Assembly (NCBI GenBank): GCA_965219415.1
Contig: CBDCNP010000002.1
Span: 992,001 to 1,056,000, forward strand
Length of the DNA: 64,000 nucleotides
Origin: Candidatus Marinacidobacterales bacterium
GTDB taxonomy: Bacteria > Acidobacteriota > Vicinamibacteria > Marinacidobacterales > DATDRI01
Reading direction: 5' to 3'
Shown here: positions 62,455 to 64,000 of the stretch, one piece after another
Position numbering within the stretch: the stretch's first letter is position 1
Layout: every line of letters begins with the position of its first letter
Notes under the pieces: generated by a model
Told to the model about the DNA's origin: nothing
Database searches by the model: none
Seen by the model: only the letters and a program-made list of their open reading frames with translations
Translations under genes and position numbers: made by a program

Positions 62455-63411
62455 ATGAGAAACAACCTATTCTTCGCGGGTGTCGTGCTCTTGCTGGGCG
62501 GATGTGCCGATGACCAGGCATCGGTGCCAGAATCGCCTTCGACTCCCGAGTCCCAACTTTCATCAGCAGACGGGCCAAAGATTTCCTTTCACTCAGGACG
62601 CGACGGCAAATCGGCCATCTATGTGATGAATGCTGATGGGAGTAATCAAACCCGATTAACATTTACCGACGGGTACGATTCGCTACCCTACTGGTCTCCC
62701 GATGGGTCGACCATCGTATTTCAGTCTTCAAAGGAAAGAGACACTCCCGCGCAGCTTTACCTAATGAATGCCGATGGTTCGAACGTTAGGCAAATAACCA
62801 AGGATCCATATGGCCATAGTTCTGCTTCCTGGTCTCCGGATGGCAAGAGAATCGCCTTCCACTCCGACAGAGACGGTAGCAGCAACACTTATGTCATAGA
62901 CCCTGACGGCGGCAACGAAACCCAGATAACCGATGTGGCGGGCCATGCTTTTATATCGCCTACCTGGTCCCCGGATAGTAAGAGGATCGCCGTGGAGGGG
63001 GGTAAGCAGGGCGAAACGATTCAAACTGAATGGGGAGAGGCGAGGCCGTTTCAGATATGGGTCTTTGCGGTTGATGGCGGGAGCCCGCCGGTCGCAGTAA
63101 CAGATATAACCGCCTACAACGGCTACCCCGCCTGGTCCCCAGTCGGGCAAATCATCGCTTTCGATTCAACGCAAGGCGGTTGGGCGGATCTTTGGACCGT
63201 CAATCTAGAAGATAGAAGTACTGTCAACTTAACCAATCAACCGACTCAGAGTGAGTTTGCCGCCTGGTCTCCCGATAGTTCTAAGATCGCTTTTGTTGCA
63301 GACAGGGATGGAAATACTGAAATCTACGTGATGGATGCGGATGGAAGCCATCAAACTCGATTAACTTTTACTGAGGCTGGAGAGTCGGCGCCCGCCTGGT
63401 CCCCGCATTGA
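62455..63411 (+). CDS. TolB-like PD40-repeat lipoprotein
   Basis: Lipobox LGGC; repeated PxWSPDG..IAF.SDRDG. Confidence 0.88.
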   Translation: MRNNLFFAGVVLLLGGCADDQASVPESPSTPESQLSSADGPKISFHSGRDGKSAIYVMNADGSNQTRLTFTDGYDSLPYWSPDGSTIVFQSSKERDTPAQLYLMNADGSNVRQITKDPYGHSSASWSPDGKRIAFHSDRDGSSNTYVIDPDGGNETQITDVAGHAFISPTWSPDSKRIAVEGGKQGETIQTEWGEARPFQIWVFAVDGGSPPVAVTDITAYNGYPAWSPVGQIIAFDSTQGGWADLWTVNLEDRSTVNLTNQPTQSEFAAWSPDSSKIAFVADRDGNTEIYVMDADGSHQTRLTFTEAGESAPAWSPH

Positions 63412-63552
63412 AGCGCGCAATGTCTTCACCCCCTCTCGTTTTCCAGAGACGCAATCTTGCACTGTTCGTGGCGCTGGCGATCGCCTGCAGTAGGCAGTTG
63501 TAGTGCCCCGTTGGGAAACGAGCGGCCTGGACGACGAGATCCGGCAGCTGTG

Positions 63553-64000
63553 GTGAGCCAACCGTTGTACGTGGTCATCGGCGTCACCGGACCCATGGGA
63601 GCGGCCGTCGCACGACTACTAGCCGGCGACGGCCAGCGGGTCCGCGGCATCAACCGCAGTGGGCGCGGCGACGTCGCGGCCGGAGTCGAGCTGGTCGGTG
63701 CCGACATCAAGGACACGGCGGCCGCGCGCGAAGTCTGCGCCGATGCTGCGGTGGTATTTCAATGCGCCAGCGCCCCCTACATGGACTGGTCCGATGCGGA
63801 CGCTCCGCAGCCATTGCGCTCCACCAACGAGGCCGATCACCTGCCGGCGATCACCGAGGGCACCATCGCCGCAGCCGCCGCCGCGGGTGCCCGCATCGTC
63901 TACGGCGACAACCACTACATGTACGGACCGGTCGACGGACCACTCACCGAGGATCATCCGTGGAACGCGACCGACTCGAAGGGACGGGCGCGAGTCGCCG
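63553..64000 (+). CDS. NAD-dependent epimerase/dehydratase (atypical SDR), truncated by window edge
   Basis: Manual translation: VIGVTGPMG..RGINRSG...DNHYMYG..LTED..KGRAR. Confidence 0.82.
   Translation, partial: MSQPLYVVIGVTGPMGAAVARLLAGDGQRVRGINRSGRGDVAAGVELVGADIKDTAAAREVCADAAVVFQCASAPYMDWSDADAPQPLRSTNEADHLPAITEGTIAAAAAAGARIVYGDNHYMYGPVDGPLTEDHPWNATDSKGRARVA

Overview
GC-rich bacterial DNA, probably Acidobacteriota (Vicinamibacteria-like), inferred from a GWxTD-domain protein, a kinase/DnaJ/TPR fusion and many PD40 propellers. About 45 genes, mostly accessory: secreted peptidases (2 tandem M28, 3 tandem M14, M24, HExxH-like proteins, DUF885 fusion), GH43, a TRAP transporter, proline/hydroxyproline-type catabolic enzymes, panB, an NSS transporter, a GMC oxidoreductase pair, a Tat-oxidoreductase/discoidin/TIGR03663/ApbE operon and cusCBA. 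One complete IS256 with an 8-bp target duplication splits a DHH phosphoesterase gene. Two degraded HNH-endonuclease elements have similar ~190-nt leaders, and one carries an in-frame palindromic insertion. There is a REP/MITE-like repeat family, and two sigma54 promoters share the same IHF/enhancer layout. About nine genes are broken by stops, indels or deletions. No rRNA, tRNA or CRISPR array was seen. All calls come from reading motifs by eye; no searches were run.
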